Below, in pieces: positions 39,047-47,742 of a DNA stretch of 64,000 nt. The position numbers were made by a program, and so were the translations under genes. The number at the start of each line of letters is the position of its first letter. Position 1 is the stretch's first letter. Source of the stretch: Candidatus Bathyarchaeia archaeon (GTDB lineage Archaea > Thermoproteota > Bathyarchaeia > Bathyarchaeales > Bathycorpusculaceae); contig JBEKHN010000003.1 of NCBI GenBank assembly GCA_050012255.1, positions 32,001-96,000 on the forward strand. Direction: 5' to 3'. Under the pieces are notes generated by a model. It did no database searches. It was not told the DNA's origin and saw only the letters and a list, made by a program, of their open reading frames with translations.

Positions 39047-39338
39047 CTAGCCCAAGAATCGCAGTTCGGGATTGTTTGTAGCTTAACGAGTGTCATGTTG
39101 TTACCTTAATGTGCAAATTAATAATATAATGAAGTCGAAGTGTACACATAAAAACTTTATTGCCATATTGGAAGTCAAATGTTAAGCAAACAATGTAAAT
39201 ATTGGATGAACGTACAGTAACACCTTCTTAACCAAGCATCTGGACGGAACAAATGTCAAAATCTTCGTTGACTGCTGATGCTAAACTTTCGTTCAAGCTC
39301 CCGATTTAGTGATGGATGCGGATTGGATTTTCACAGTT

Positions 39339-40328
39339 TCACAGGTCGTGAATTACCCCTGGTGTTTTGGGAAAAACCTGCGTCTCTCCGATGTGCTTGG
39401 CTCCAACTATCCAGCTGACGAGTCTTTCTATGCCTATCCCAGCGCCGGCTGAGGGTTTCAGTCTTCCCTCTTTGGCGAGTTTGAGCAGGAGCTTGTAGTT
39501 CTCCTTTCTTACGCCGTCTCTCTCCATTTTTCCGGCTATCTTGTCGTATTCGAACTCCCTTCTTGCACCGGACAAGACCTCTCCGTATCCCGGCAGGTAT
39601 AGGTCGTAGTTGTCCCATTTGCCGCTCTCCGGGTCCTCAAAATCGTAGAATTCTCGGGGAATGTTAGTCACCCAAATGGGGTGCTCAGTTTCGTATGGTA
39701 TTTGGAGTTCCCATCCTGTTCCATAGTCTGCTTCAAGTTCTGCCCTATCGTAGACTCTGAAGGGTGTTCTTGGTGTTTTCAAACCGCCATTTTCTCTCAG
39801 AAAGAGCAGCTCGTCCCTCATGTTCGTTTTCAAACTGCCTATCAGCCGCGAGGCGATTGTTTCAACCAGGCTTCTGATATCCTGTGATTTCGTGTCTCTG
39901 GCTTCAAAGTCGAGTTGAGTGAACTCGTAGGCGTGCATTCCGGTGGCTGCCCTTTCACTTTTTTCTATCCTAACGTTTGGAGAAAGTATGAATAGTTTAG
40001 GAACGGCTAAAGAGCAAGCGACCATCTTGTGAACTATCATGCTTGTCGTTGTTCTAACTGTTTTCCCATAGATTTCGACCTCGATGCGTTTTTCAATGGA
40101 CGCACATGAATCTGGCCACAGAGGATCCGTTGACTGCGAAAATATGACCGGTAACATCCATTCAAAGTCGCTATCCGTGAATTCTTGAGTAAGGTACTTT
40201 AAAGTGTAAGTCATGATCCTGCTGATTCGCTGCTTTCTTTGAATTTCATATTCAGACAACTCTTCCAAGGGCTTGGGCAACTGGGCAACCGGGAGACTTC
40301 GCTGCGGACAGGAACGTTTTTCACTCAT
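39339..40328 (-). CDS. asnA: Archaeal-type asparagine synthetase A (aaRS class II paralog without anticodon domain)
   Basis: TDPLWPD, SMIVHK, SPNVRIE, H.YEFTQLDFE, EVLSG.RRE, SAGAGIG.ERL. Confidence 0.92.
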   Translation of the reverse strand: MSEKRSCPQRSLPVAQLPKPLEELSEYEIQRKQRISRIMTYTLKYLTQEFTDSDFEWMLPVIFSQSTDPLWPDSCASIEKRIEVEIYGKTVRTTTSMIVHKMVACSLAVPKLFILSPNVRIEKSERAATGMHAYEFTQLDFEARDTKSQDIRSLVETIASRLIGSLKTNMRDELLFLRENGGLKTPRTPFRVYDRAELEADYGTGWELQIPYETEHPIWVTNIPREFYDFEDPESGKWDNYDLYLPGYGEVLSGARREFEYDKIAGKMERDGVRKENYKLLLKLAKEGRLKPSAGAGIGIERLVSWIVGAKHIGETQVFPKTPGVIHDL

Positions 40329-40413
40329 CCAATCACCTTCTTGGTTTCGGCACGTCTTGTTAACCCAGATTAACCAGCGTTATTGCCTGTAAGAAAGAGT
40401 GGGCTGGGTAATA

Positions 40414-40445
40414 AATTTTTTATAAGAAAAATTGAAATTTTTTCA
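40414..40445. promoter_or_regulatory. AT-rich inverted repeats and TATA in the asnA/lrp divergent spacer
   Basis: aattttt-tataag-aaaaatt and tgaaa-ttt-tttca. Confidence 0.45.
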
Positions 40446-40489
40446 GAAAAAGATAGATTTTTATAGCTATAGATGTAATAATTACAAGT

Positions 40490-40996
40490 ATGGAAGCGAA
40501 GCTCGACGAGAAAGATGTAGCGATCTTGATGCTTATACAAAGAGACTGCAAACTCACGGCGAGGGAGATCGCGAGAAGAGTGGACTCGCCGATAACGACT
40601 GTTTTCGCGAAGATAAAGCGTATGGAAGAGCTGGGCATAATCAAAGGGTACAAAGCGATTTTGGATTCAACAAAGCTTGACCGCGGTGCAACCGCTTTCA
40701 TTTTGGCCTCCGTTTCTTATGAAACGAAAAATGATGGTACTCAAGTCTCTCAGAGGAGCATGGCCAAAGAAATCGCAAGATTTCCAGAGGTCCAAGAAGT
40801 TCACATAATTACAGGGGACTGGGATTTGTTAATGAAAGTCAAAGGCAAAGATGTTGACGTAGTGGGAAAATTTGTTATTGACAGGTTAAGGATGGTCAGG
40901 GGAATAGAGAAAACCCTCACGTGCATGGTTTTCGAAACTTGCAAGGAAACCACAGAAATAGACGTTGGCACAAACGTATTCAAGAGAAGCAAATAA
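40490..40996 (+). CDS. Lrp/AsnC family regulator
   Basis: LDEKD..IL, HTH, EVH.ITGDWD.L.K. Confidence 0.95.
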   Translation: MEAKLDEKDVAILMLIQRDCKLTAREIARRVDSPITTVFAKIKRMEELGIIKGYKAILDSTKLDRGATAFILASVSYETKNDGTQVSQRSMAKEIARFPEVQEVHIITGDWDLLMKVKGKDVDVVGKFVIDRLRMVRGIEKTLTCMVFETCKETTEIDVGTNVFKRSK

Positions 40997-41164
40997 AACC
41001 TTCTGGCAGACGAGACAAGCGAAGAGCTTGCAGAAAACGTGACTATCGACCTTGATCACAGTGGGCGCATTATAGGTATAGAAATGTTGAGCGCAACAAA
41101 AAACTTGGGAAAGGAACTGGCCAACAAAATCCTGAACACCGAGAAAATAGTTGCGGCGGCCTGA
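40997..41164 (+). pseudogene. DUF2283-like fragment lacking its N-terminus
   Basis: Hand translation ...ETSEELAENVTIDLDHSGRIIGIEMLSATK...; no YD...D..YI N-terminus. Confidence 0.6.
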
Positions 41165-41207
41165 GTTATTGTGGAAGCTTGGCCAAACTCAAACTGTGCC
41201 TAGAATG

Positions 41208-41285
41208 TGGTGCTCCGGCCGGGATTTGGACCCGGGTCTCCGGCTCGAAAGGCCGGAATACTTAACCGGGCTATACTACCGGAGC
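41208..41285 (-). tRNA. tRNA-Glu(UUC), encoded CCA
   Basis: GCTCCGG acceptor; anticodon arm CCGGC-CTTTCGA-GCCGG; T arm CCGGG-TCCAAAT-CCCGG. Confidence 0.95.
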
Positions 41286-41333
41286 GTTTTAGCCCGATGC
41301 ATCATGCAGAGTATTTCTTCGTTCGAATAAAGG

Positions 41334-42506
41334 TTACCGTTGGAATGCCGCTCTCAAGCACTCTTTCATCGGGCTAAGGATTGTTTCCGCTTTATTGAGC
41401 GTTGGCGCATAGTAAGCTGTCTTCGCGGAGTTGGTCATGATGGTCTCTATTCCGAGTTTTTCGGTCCAGGAAACAACTGTGCACACGCCGGCCAATACTT
41501 GGCCTCCGCTTCTCTCTATTTCATTGGCATAGTCTCTGGCGGTTTCTTTGATGTGGCTTGAGGTGCAAACCCACAACTCTGTTCCATGCTTTACTTTCTT
41601 TCCCTGAACGGTTTGAGCGATTTGTTTCATCTCGGCTAAAGAGCAGTGTGGGCATCCTATGAAGACCAAGTCACACTTCTTGCACGATGCGGTGGACAAT
41701 TCTTGGATCGTGCGTCTTATGTCCTTGGCTTCTACGCTTACCTTCTCAATTCCTTTTGTCTCTGAACAATTGTTACAGTGAAACATATTTGTCATGCCTG
41801 TTGTGGCGACAGCCGCGCTTAGCTGTTTTAGGCTATCTTTTGAGGTTTTTTCCAGGCCTTGAATGATGGGAACCTTGTCTCTCAACAGCTTGCCTAGATG
41901 GATTCCAAGGGCGCCGAACTCTGTCTCGTTCTGCAGTCGCGTTTCGACGTTTACTAGGAGGTTTGGTTGTCGGTTTTCGGCTCTGTGCATCCCGTGGTCT
42001 GGCGTCTTGCCCATTATCGCTGCGGCGAGTGCGCTTGGTCCGCCCTCACGGTTTGTCCACGCGCCGAGAACAGAGTTGGCGTAGACTACGGCTGAGGATT
42101 CAGCCCATGCAAGGTGGGACTCGCGGCTCGGCTTTTCCAGGTAGTATGGCGTGCACGTTAGGGATTTTGTTGTGCCCATTCTTTCAAACTGTTCGAGGAC
42201 GTTGAGCTGTTTCTCGCACAGAGTCTTGGGCAACCTTTTTGTCAGGTGTTCCGGGTCGAGGCTCTGAGGGTTGAGTGTGGTTTTGACTTTTACCCTTGCA
42301 CCACCATCTGCTAATGCCTGAAGGAACTCTACTGGGGCGTCGCCTAACGTTTTGTATGAGACGCCCGAAACGTGTGCTGAGCTTATCGGAATCAGCTTTT
42401 CAGCGTTGAACAGGTCGCCTAGACGGGTGAGTATTTTCATGCAGGTCTGGTTTGCCCATCCACATTCGCCGTTGAGGATTCGTTCCTCTTCTTTAGTCAA
42501 GTACAC
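41334..42506 (-). CDS. Aconitase X large subunit (probable phosphomevalonate dehydratase)
   Basis: H.SGVSYKT.G, TCTPY, WAESSA..YANSV.GA.TNRE, GCPH.S, TNSAK. Confidence 0.92.
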   Translation of the reverse strand: MYLTKEEERILNGECGWANQTCMKILTRLGDLFNAEKLIPISSAHVSGVSYKTLGDAPVEFLQALADGGARVKVKTTLNPQSLDPEHLTKRLPKTLCEKQLNVLEQFERMGTTKSLTCTPYYLEKPSRESHLAWAESSAVVYANSVLGAWTNREGGPSALAAAIMGKTPDHGMHRAENRQPNLLVNVETRLQNETEFGALGIHLGKLLRDKVPIIQGLEKTSKDSLKQLSAAVATTGMTNMFHCNNCSETKGIEKVSVEAKDIRRTIQELSTASCKKCDLVFIGCPHCSLAEMKQIAQTVQGKKVKHGTELWVCTSSHIKETARDYANEIERSGGQVLAGVCTVVSWTEKLGIETIMTNSAKTAYYAPTLNKAETILSPMKECLRAAFQR

Positions 42507-42513
42507 GTGCTTG

Positions 42514-42927
42514 CTAGGTCCCCCTTCGTCTTACGATCTTGGCCACGCCTTTGCACGCGTCGACTTCAACCGTGTCGCCGGTCTTGATTTTCCTGATGTC
42601 TACCTGATCCATCATGGGAACGTTCGCTATTATTGCGCCAACTACGACAACAGAGTCGGCGGTTTGGTTGATTATTGCCTTCGGTGCCAGTCCTTTTTTG
42701 GCCAGAGAGTAGAGCACGTAGCTGCCCACTGTTGAGCCGTGGCCGTGGGGGAAGCACAGAACTTTGCCTTTTATGCATAGGCCAGATAGGTCATGTTTTT
42801 TCTCGATTATTTTGCCGTCCGCCGGGTCGACTCCGCCCAGAAAACTGATCGGTTTTGTGCTGACCAAGGCTTCTGCCCTGCAGCGGCCTTCGACGATGGC
42901 TCGGCCCTTCAAAATGACTGGCGCCAT
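42514..42927 (-). CDS. Aconitase X small (swivel) subunit, DUF126
   Basis: ISFLGGVDP, G.GSTVGSYV. Confidence 0.93.
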   Translation of the reverse strand: MAPVILKGRAIVEGRCRAEALVSTKPISFLGGVDPADGKIIEKKHDLSGLCIKGKVLCFPHGHGSTVGSYVLYSLAKKGLAPKAIINQTADSVVVVGAIIANVPMMDQVDIRKIKTGDTVEVDACKGVAKIVRRRGT

Positions 42928-42939
42928 TCTTGAAAGCCT

Positions 42940-44220
42940 TCAGTAAGAGATCTTTGCCGATGAGGGGATCCTGCCCAAGACCTTTGTGGCTGCGGTGCTC
43001 ACTTTCTCCCGTTGCTCGGCCGTTGCGTAGACGCGCAGTATGTTCATGAACCCCTTTAGCGTTTCGAAGATTCTTGAGATCTCGCTTAGGCGTTGTGGTA
43101 TCTTCTTTCCTTGCGGTGTCTTGATGAACACTGGGATCTCCATGCTTTCCGTTAGCACCGAGTGTTCGTACGGGACGGACGGCACCGTGGGTACGTCGAT
43201 AATGACAGCTTCTGTTTGGACGTTTGCTTCTTCGGCGATTTCGGACTGTAACTGTTTCCTGTAGGATTCGCGGCTGAAGATGTTTGAAATCATCGTGTCT
43301 TTTTCGTAGAAGGTCTTTTCGTAAGCGCACTTGAGCATTTTCCTGTTTTCAAGGTCTCTGATGATCTTTTTGGATTTCGTGCAGTCTTTCAGCTTCGCGT
43401 ATACGGTGTAGTCGTCCATGGCTAGGTACTGTTCTGGGGTTTTGAAGCGTGTGAAGCCGAGTTCTTCGTTTGCGTTCTCCATGGCCGTAGCGAGCATTAT
43501 CTGCGCGGCTCTGCCGACTCGGTGGAAGTATATGCTCTTGAAGGATTCTATGCGGGCTATTAAGAGCGATTCTAAGGCCGAGAGTGCTCCCACCTCGACT
43601 GCCAAGTTTTCGCCCAGTACGTCTAACGTGTGGATCAGTCGGTAGATGTCGATGTACCCGTACTCTGCGCCCGTGTGGTACGTGTCTCGAACGATGAAGT
43701 CCTGCTTGTCAACGTCAACCGTGCTGCTTATTATCTGGTCTAGGAAGGCTTTTTTGGGTTTGCGCAGCTTTCCCACCGCGAGTTTTCCAACGTCCTGCGG
43801 GTTGCAGCCTGCCCTTCTTATGATATCGTTCAGTTCGCTCTTCTGGATTATCCACGTTGTGAGGTCTTCATGCGTCTTGTCAAGCTTCTTGTTGAGCAGG
43901 TACTCGAACACGTGTGAGAACGGGCCGTGTCCAACATCGTGAAGCAAGGCTGCAACTCTGAGCGTTTCTGCTTCGTCTTCGCTCACGTACTGTGAGATGT
44001 TGGGGTTCTCAGCCACTCTACCTGCTAGGTACATTACGCCGACAGAGTGTTCGAAGCGCGTGTGGTTTGCTCCGGGATAAACGTACTCTGCGCCGGCGAG
44101 CTGGCGCAGTCTGTGCAGCCTCTGAACGGGGTAGGAGTCGATGATCGTTTTCTCTTCCTGCGTTATGTACACGTACCCGTGCACTGGATCCTTTATTTCG
44201 CCCCAATATTCAGTGGGCAT
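42940..44220 (-). CDS. HD-domain phosphohydrolase (SAMHD1/dNTPase-like)
   Basis: DPVHG, QRL..L.QL, HTRFEHS.G, LHDVGHGPFSH, DVDK.D...RD. Confidence 0.93.
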   Translation of the reverse strand: MPTEYWGEIKDPVHGYVYITQEEKTIIDSYPVQRLHRLRQLAGAEYVYPGANHTRFEHSVGVMYLAGRVAENPNISQYVSEDEAETLRVAALLHDVGHGPFSHVFEYLLNKKLDKTHEDLTTWIIQKSELNDIIRRAGCNPQDVGKLAVGKLRKPKKAFLDQIISSTVDVDKQDFIVRDTYHTGAEYGYIDIYRLIHTLDVLGENLAVEVGALSALESLLIARIESFKSIYFHRVGRAAQIMLATAMENANEELGFTRFKTPEQYLAMDDYTVYAKLKDCTKSKKIIRDLENRKMLKCAYEKTFYEKDTMISNIFSRESYRKQLQSEIAEEANVQTEAVIIDVPTVPSVPYEHSVLTESMEIPVFIKTPQGKKIPQRLSEISRIFETLKGFMNILRVYATAEQREKVSTAATKVLGRIPSSAKISY

Positions 44221-44459
44221 CGATTTTTCCCCATATGATCTTGAGTAGTCACTAATGCAGCCTCGCTCTTATAATGCCTGACGTTAGTTTCGTTTAAGAC
44301 GTGCGCGCGCAGGGTCGGAATAACCCGAAGAGGGCGTTGAGCTAGGAGCTCATGAAAGAATCTGCGCTTTTCTTCAAAGTCCATGATTTTGCTGTTGAAG
44401 CATGCCTTGCTGCAGTCAATTCTATAAGAGGTTACTTGTGATATTGCTGATGAGGGAAA

Positions 44460-45386
44460 ATGAGTAACCTGCATGACGTCATTATCGTGGGTGGTGGACC
44501 AGCGGGTTTGGCTGCTGCCATTCACTGTGGAACCTTCGGCTTGCGTACACTCGTTTTAGAGGCAGAGGAGAGGGCAGGTGGATTAGCAACAAAGATTCGC
44601 GGGTTAGAGAATTATCCCGGGTTTCAAAGGAAGGTTTCTGGGCTGAGACTTACGGAGAAAATGGCGCATCAAGCCGAGAAAAACGGCGCCGAACTTCACA
44701 CTTCAGAAGAGGTTACCAATCTTTCTTTGGACAGAGAAGACAAGGTCGTAGATACCAGAAAAAGTACGTATGGATGCAAGGCTTTGATCCTCGCGACTGG
44801 AGATGGAATGAAAGGTGTAGGAATGAAGTGGGAGACTTGGCTGGGTGCAGGCGTGGCCTACTGTGCTGAATGCGGTGCGCCTTTTTTGAAGGGGAAGGAC
44901 ATTGTCGTCGTTGGCAACGTCAAAGATGCCGTGGATGAAGCTCTGCGTTTAACGAGTGTGGCCAAGAATGTTAGGCTAGTTAATCACTGTGACATGATTG
45001 ACGTTGATGAACAGATGAGGAAGCAGCTGGAAAAAAGGAAGATCGGTCTGATAGAGGGTTTTGAAGGGAAAGAGATCAAGGGTAGACCGCCGTCTAAACA
45101 GCTTGTGCTGGGTCACCTGAGCGGTTCTGGAACTAAGACGTTGAGAACAAACATGGTTCTTGTGGTCGCAGGGGTCAAACCGTTTGTTTCAGTCTTGCGC
45201 AACGCGGGTATAAGGACTCATAGGCAAGGCTGCGTCGTCGCGGATGGGTTTGGAAGGACGAGTGTTGATGGAGTCTTTGCAGCTGGAGGGTGTGCTTCAA
45301 CGGTCGGGGACTTAGTACCCGCATGCGTGGGCGATGGAGCCGCGGTTGCCACCTGTGCACGCTTATATTTAGCATACGGATGCTGA
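44460..45386 (+). CDS. Thioredoxin reductase-like flavoprotein
   Basis: GGGPAGL.AA, ENYPG, LILATG, YCAEC, TS..GVFAAG. Confidence 0.85.
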   Translation: MSNLHDVIIVGGGPAGLAAAIHCGTFGLRTLVLEAEERAGGLATKIRGLENYPGFQRKVSGLRLTEKMAHQAEKNGAELHTSEEVTNLSLDREDKVVDTRKSTYGCKALILATGDGMKGVGMKWETWLGAGVAYCAECGAPFLKGKDIVVVGNVKDAVDEALRLTSVAKNVRLVNHCDMIDVDEQMRKQLEKRKIGLIEGFEGKEIKGRPPSKQLVLGHLSGSGTKTLRTNMVLVVAGVKPFVSVLRNAGIRTHRQGCVVADGFGRTSVDGVFAAGGCASTVGDLVPACVGDGAAVATCARLYLAYGC

Positions 45387-45418
45387 GTCTCAAGCTAACC
45401 TCAACGGATGGATGAAGC

Positions 45419-46018
45419 ATGGGTGACCGCGGAATCTTCATTTGTGTTGAAGGGCTGGACGGTTGCGGAAAGACTACGCAGGCAAGGCTGCTCGTGAAAA
45501 GACTGAGAGGAGACTACGATGCAGTCTACACGGCTGAGCCGAGTTACGGAAGGATCGGAAAACTCATCAAGAAACATTATCTTCACGCTGATAAGCGTGG
45601 CTCTGCTGTGGTTGAGGCTTTGCTCTTCGCCGCCGACCGTTTTGAGCACTTGAAGAGTGAGGTTCTGCCCGCTCTGGATGAAGGAAAGCTTGTGGTTTCG
45701 GACCGCTATGTCTACTCGTCCTTGGCCTATCAAGGGGCGGCAGGGTTGGATTTGAAATGGATCGAGAAGATCAATGAACATGCCGTTCGCCCCGGTCTGG
45801 CACTTTTCATCGATGTCGAGCCGGAGACTGTGATTCGAAGGTTAAAGCGAAAGAGATCGGTGATGGAGAACCTTGAAACTCAACTGAAAGTGAGGGAGAT
45901 CTACCTTAGATTTGTCGACGAAGGTGCGCTTGTCAGGGTAGACGGAAACAGGTCGAAAACAGAAGTTGCGAGAGAAATCGCCTCAACGGTCAAGGGGTTC
46001 TTGAAGGAAGCCTGCTAG
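45419..46018 (+). CDS. tmk: Thymidylate kinase
   Basis: EGLDGCGKTTQ, LLFAADR, DRY..SSLAYQG. Confidence 0.97.
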   Translation: MGDRGIFICVEGLDGCGKTTQARLLVKRLRGDYDAVYTAEPSYGRIGKLIKKHYLHADKRGSAVVEALLFAADRFEHLKSEVLPALDEGKLVVSDRYVYSSLAYQGAAGLDLKWIEKINEHAVRPGLALFIDVEPETVIRRLKRKRSVMENLETQLKVREIYLRFVDEGALVRVDGNRSKTEVAREIASTVKGFLKEAC

Positions 46019-46524
46019 GCGACTTCTTGAGCTCTCAGCACATTCCTGCAAAGTTGTGCGTTGATCTTGTCGGCTATGAAATAGGGAAGGTCCTTGTGTG
46101 ACACGTACATTAGTCCCTTTTCGTGGAAGACTCGCATCTGCGCGGTTTTCTTGTTGAAACTGAACCGGAGCATGTAATAGTCGAACTTCAACGGCGTTCT
46201 GGTCTCGTTTCGAAGTTTGTAGTAGCGTATGACGCAGAGAAAATCCATGGTTGAGAAAGGTTTTTTTCCTATGGCTTTTAGCAGTCGGCTTCTCTCTTCT
46301 TCGTCGAGATAGTTGAAGTCGTCGTCTTCGGCTACTCCGAACTCGAAGATGACCGTACACTGAGGAACTGATGGGGTGGCTACTTCTTCCAGGCTGAAGG
46401 TTCCATCGTTTAACTTGTGAAAGGTCTCGACCAAAGCTTTTTGCAGTGTCTTCTCTGAGATTGAGGTGACAAAACGCACGATTTTATGAACGCCTCCGGG
46501 AAAGTTGTTGTAGAAACCAAGCAT
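46015..46524 (-). CDS. Hypothetical protein
   Basis: 169-aa ORF co-oriented with the upstream gene; no family recognised. Confidence 0.7.
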   Translation of the reverse strand: MLGFYNNFPGGVHKIVRFVTSISEKTLQKALVETFHKLNDGTFSLEEVATPSVPQCTVIFEFGVAEDDDFNYLDEEERSRLLKAIGKKPFSTMDFLCVIRYYKLRNETRTPLKFDYYMLRFSFNKKTAQMRVFHEKGLMYVSHKDLPYFIADKINAQLCRNVLRAQEVA

Positions 46525-46539
46525 TTTCCTTGGTTCCAG

Positions 46540-46905
46540 CTAGGTTTTTCTGATCTTTCTTGTTCTTTCAACGTTTTCAAGCAGTCCAGAAAGAGCCGTG
46601 CCCAGCTTCTGAAGTTCCTCGGGGTTCTGCTCGCACTGCATCTTTTTTTGTATTTCCTGCACCTTGACTATGAGCGTGGCCTCAAGACTGTCGAGCGCTG
46701 CGGACCTTTCCATTCTGAGAGGCTCTTCCCCCTCCTTCACGACTACGACTTTCTTCTCGCATCTTCCACACCAGAGTACTCCGTTTTTCAGCCTGAACAA
46801 CGGTGAAGCGCACACGGGACAGGCTAACTCTGTCAGAGTTGACCCTCGCCTCAGCAAGTCTGCCATTCTTTTGATGTGCGGCTCTTCAGGTTGCTTTCGG
46901 GACAA
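46540..46905 (-). CDS. UPF0148 / autoantigen p27 Zn-ribbon protein
   Basis: MADLLRRG.TL...ACP.C.SPLF...C..C. Confidence 0.9.
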   Translation of the reverse strand: MSRKQPEEPHIKRMADLLRRGSTLTELACPVCASPLFRLKNGVLWCGRCEKKVVVVKEGEEPLRMERSAALDSLEATLIVKVQEIQKKMQCEQNPEELQKLGTALSGLLENVERTRKIRKT

Positions 46906-46980
46906 GCTTTAAAACCTCAAAGTAAATAGGTATCAAGGCCTATATAACTAGGCCATAACGATCTTTGTGAGGTGGCGTGA

Positions 46981-47259
46981 ATGGTTAGGAAGAAGAAGAT
47001 GGAGGAGTACGAGGAGCGCATCAAACAGGCGATGGTCGTGCTCACCGCTGTTTCTGAAGACAACACGACGCCCAGAAACATCAGAAGGGCGGCCAAGGAC
47101 TCGATGAACGCTCTTCAATCGCCAGAGTTCACGCCTGCTGTTAGAGCTGCGAACGCGGTATCGCTTATGGACGAGATTTTGCAGGACCCGAACATGCCAC
47201 CCTACACCAGAGTGAAGCTTTGGAACGTTATGAGCTTGCTGGAAGCAATAAAAGACTAG
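46981..47259 (+). CDS. UPF0147 family protein
   Basis: D.T.PRNIRRAA, DPNMP..TR..LW. Confidence 0.92.
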   Translation: MVRKKKMEEYEERIKQAMVVLTAVSEDNTTPRNIRRAAKDSMNALQSPEFTPAVRAANAVSLMDEILQDPNMPPYTRVKLWNVMSLLEAIKD

Positions 47260-47307
47260 TGCAAGTGGCTGAACAATAATTGTTTGTGGCTTAGGTAGGT
47301 GATCGAA

Positions 47308-47649
47308 ATGAAAGTGTTTCCATACAAGGACGTTGAAGCAAAAGCTGCGAATGAAGGGTCTTCAAAACTGAAAGTGAGATGGCTCATCACAAGAGAGATT
47401 GGCGCCCCAAATTTTGCCATGAGACTTTTCGAGATGGAACCTGATGGTCACAGTCCACTGCACACGCATGGTTGGGAACACGAGGTTTTCATCCTAGAGG
47501 GCGAAGGCGTCGTGAAGGGCGAGGGTGGAGAGAAGAAGTTCAAGCCCGGCGACGTTGTTTTCGTTCCGCCAAACGAGAAGCATCAGTTCAAGAACACTGG
47601 CAAGAAACTCGTGAAGTTCATCTGTCTCGTACCTTTCCATGAAGAGTGA
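47308..47649 (+). CDS. Cupin-domain protein
   Basis: FAMR.F, PLHTH.WEHE, GDVVFVP.NE.H. Confidence 0.92.
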   Translation: MKVFPYKDVEAKAANEGSSKLKVRWLITREIGAPNFAMRLFEMEPDGHSPLHTHGWEHEVFILEGEGVVKGEGGEKKFKPGDVVFVPPNEKHQFKNTGKKLVKFICLVPFHEE

Positions 47650-47742
47650 CGCAGTAGTCTCAGTTTGTTTTCGTCTTCGTTTACTCGCTAGAAATATATC
47701 CTAGTTGCTGCATCTAGTTCTGGGTTTCAGGGGATAAGCCCG

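Noticed and set aside
40994-40996. Sec/Pyl recoding at in-frame stops after Lrp and PIN
   Set aside because: Both stops are TAA, not TGA or TAG.
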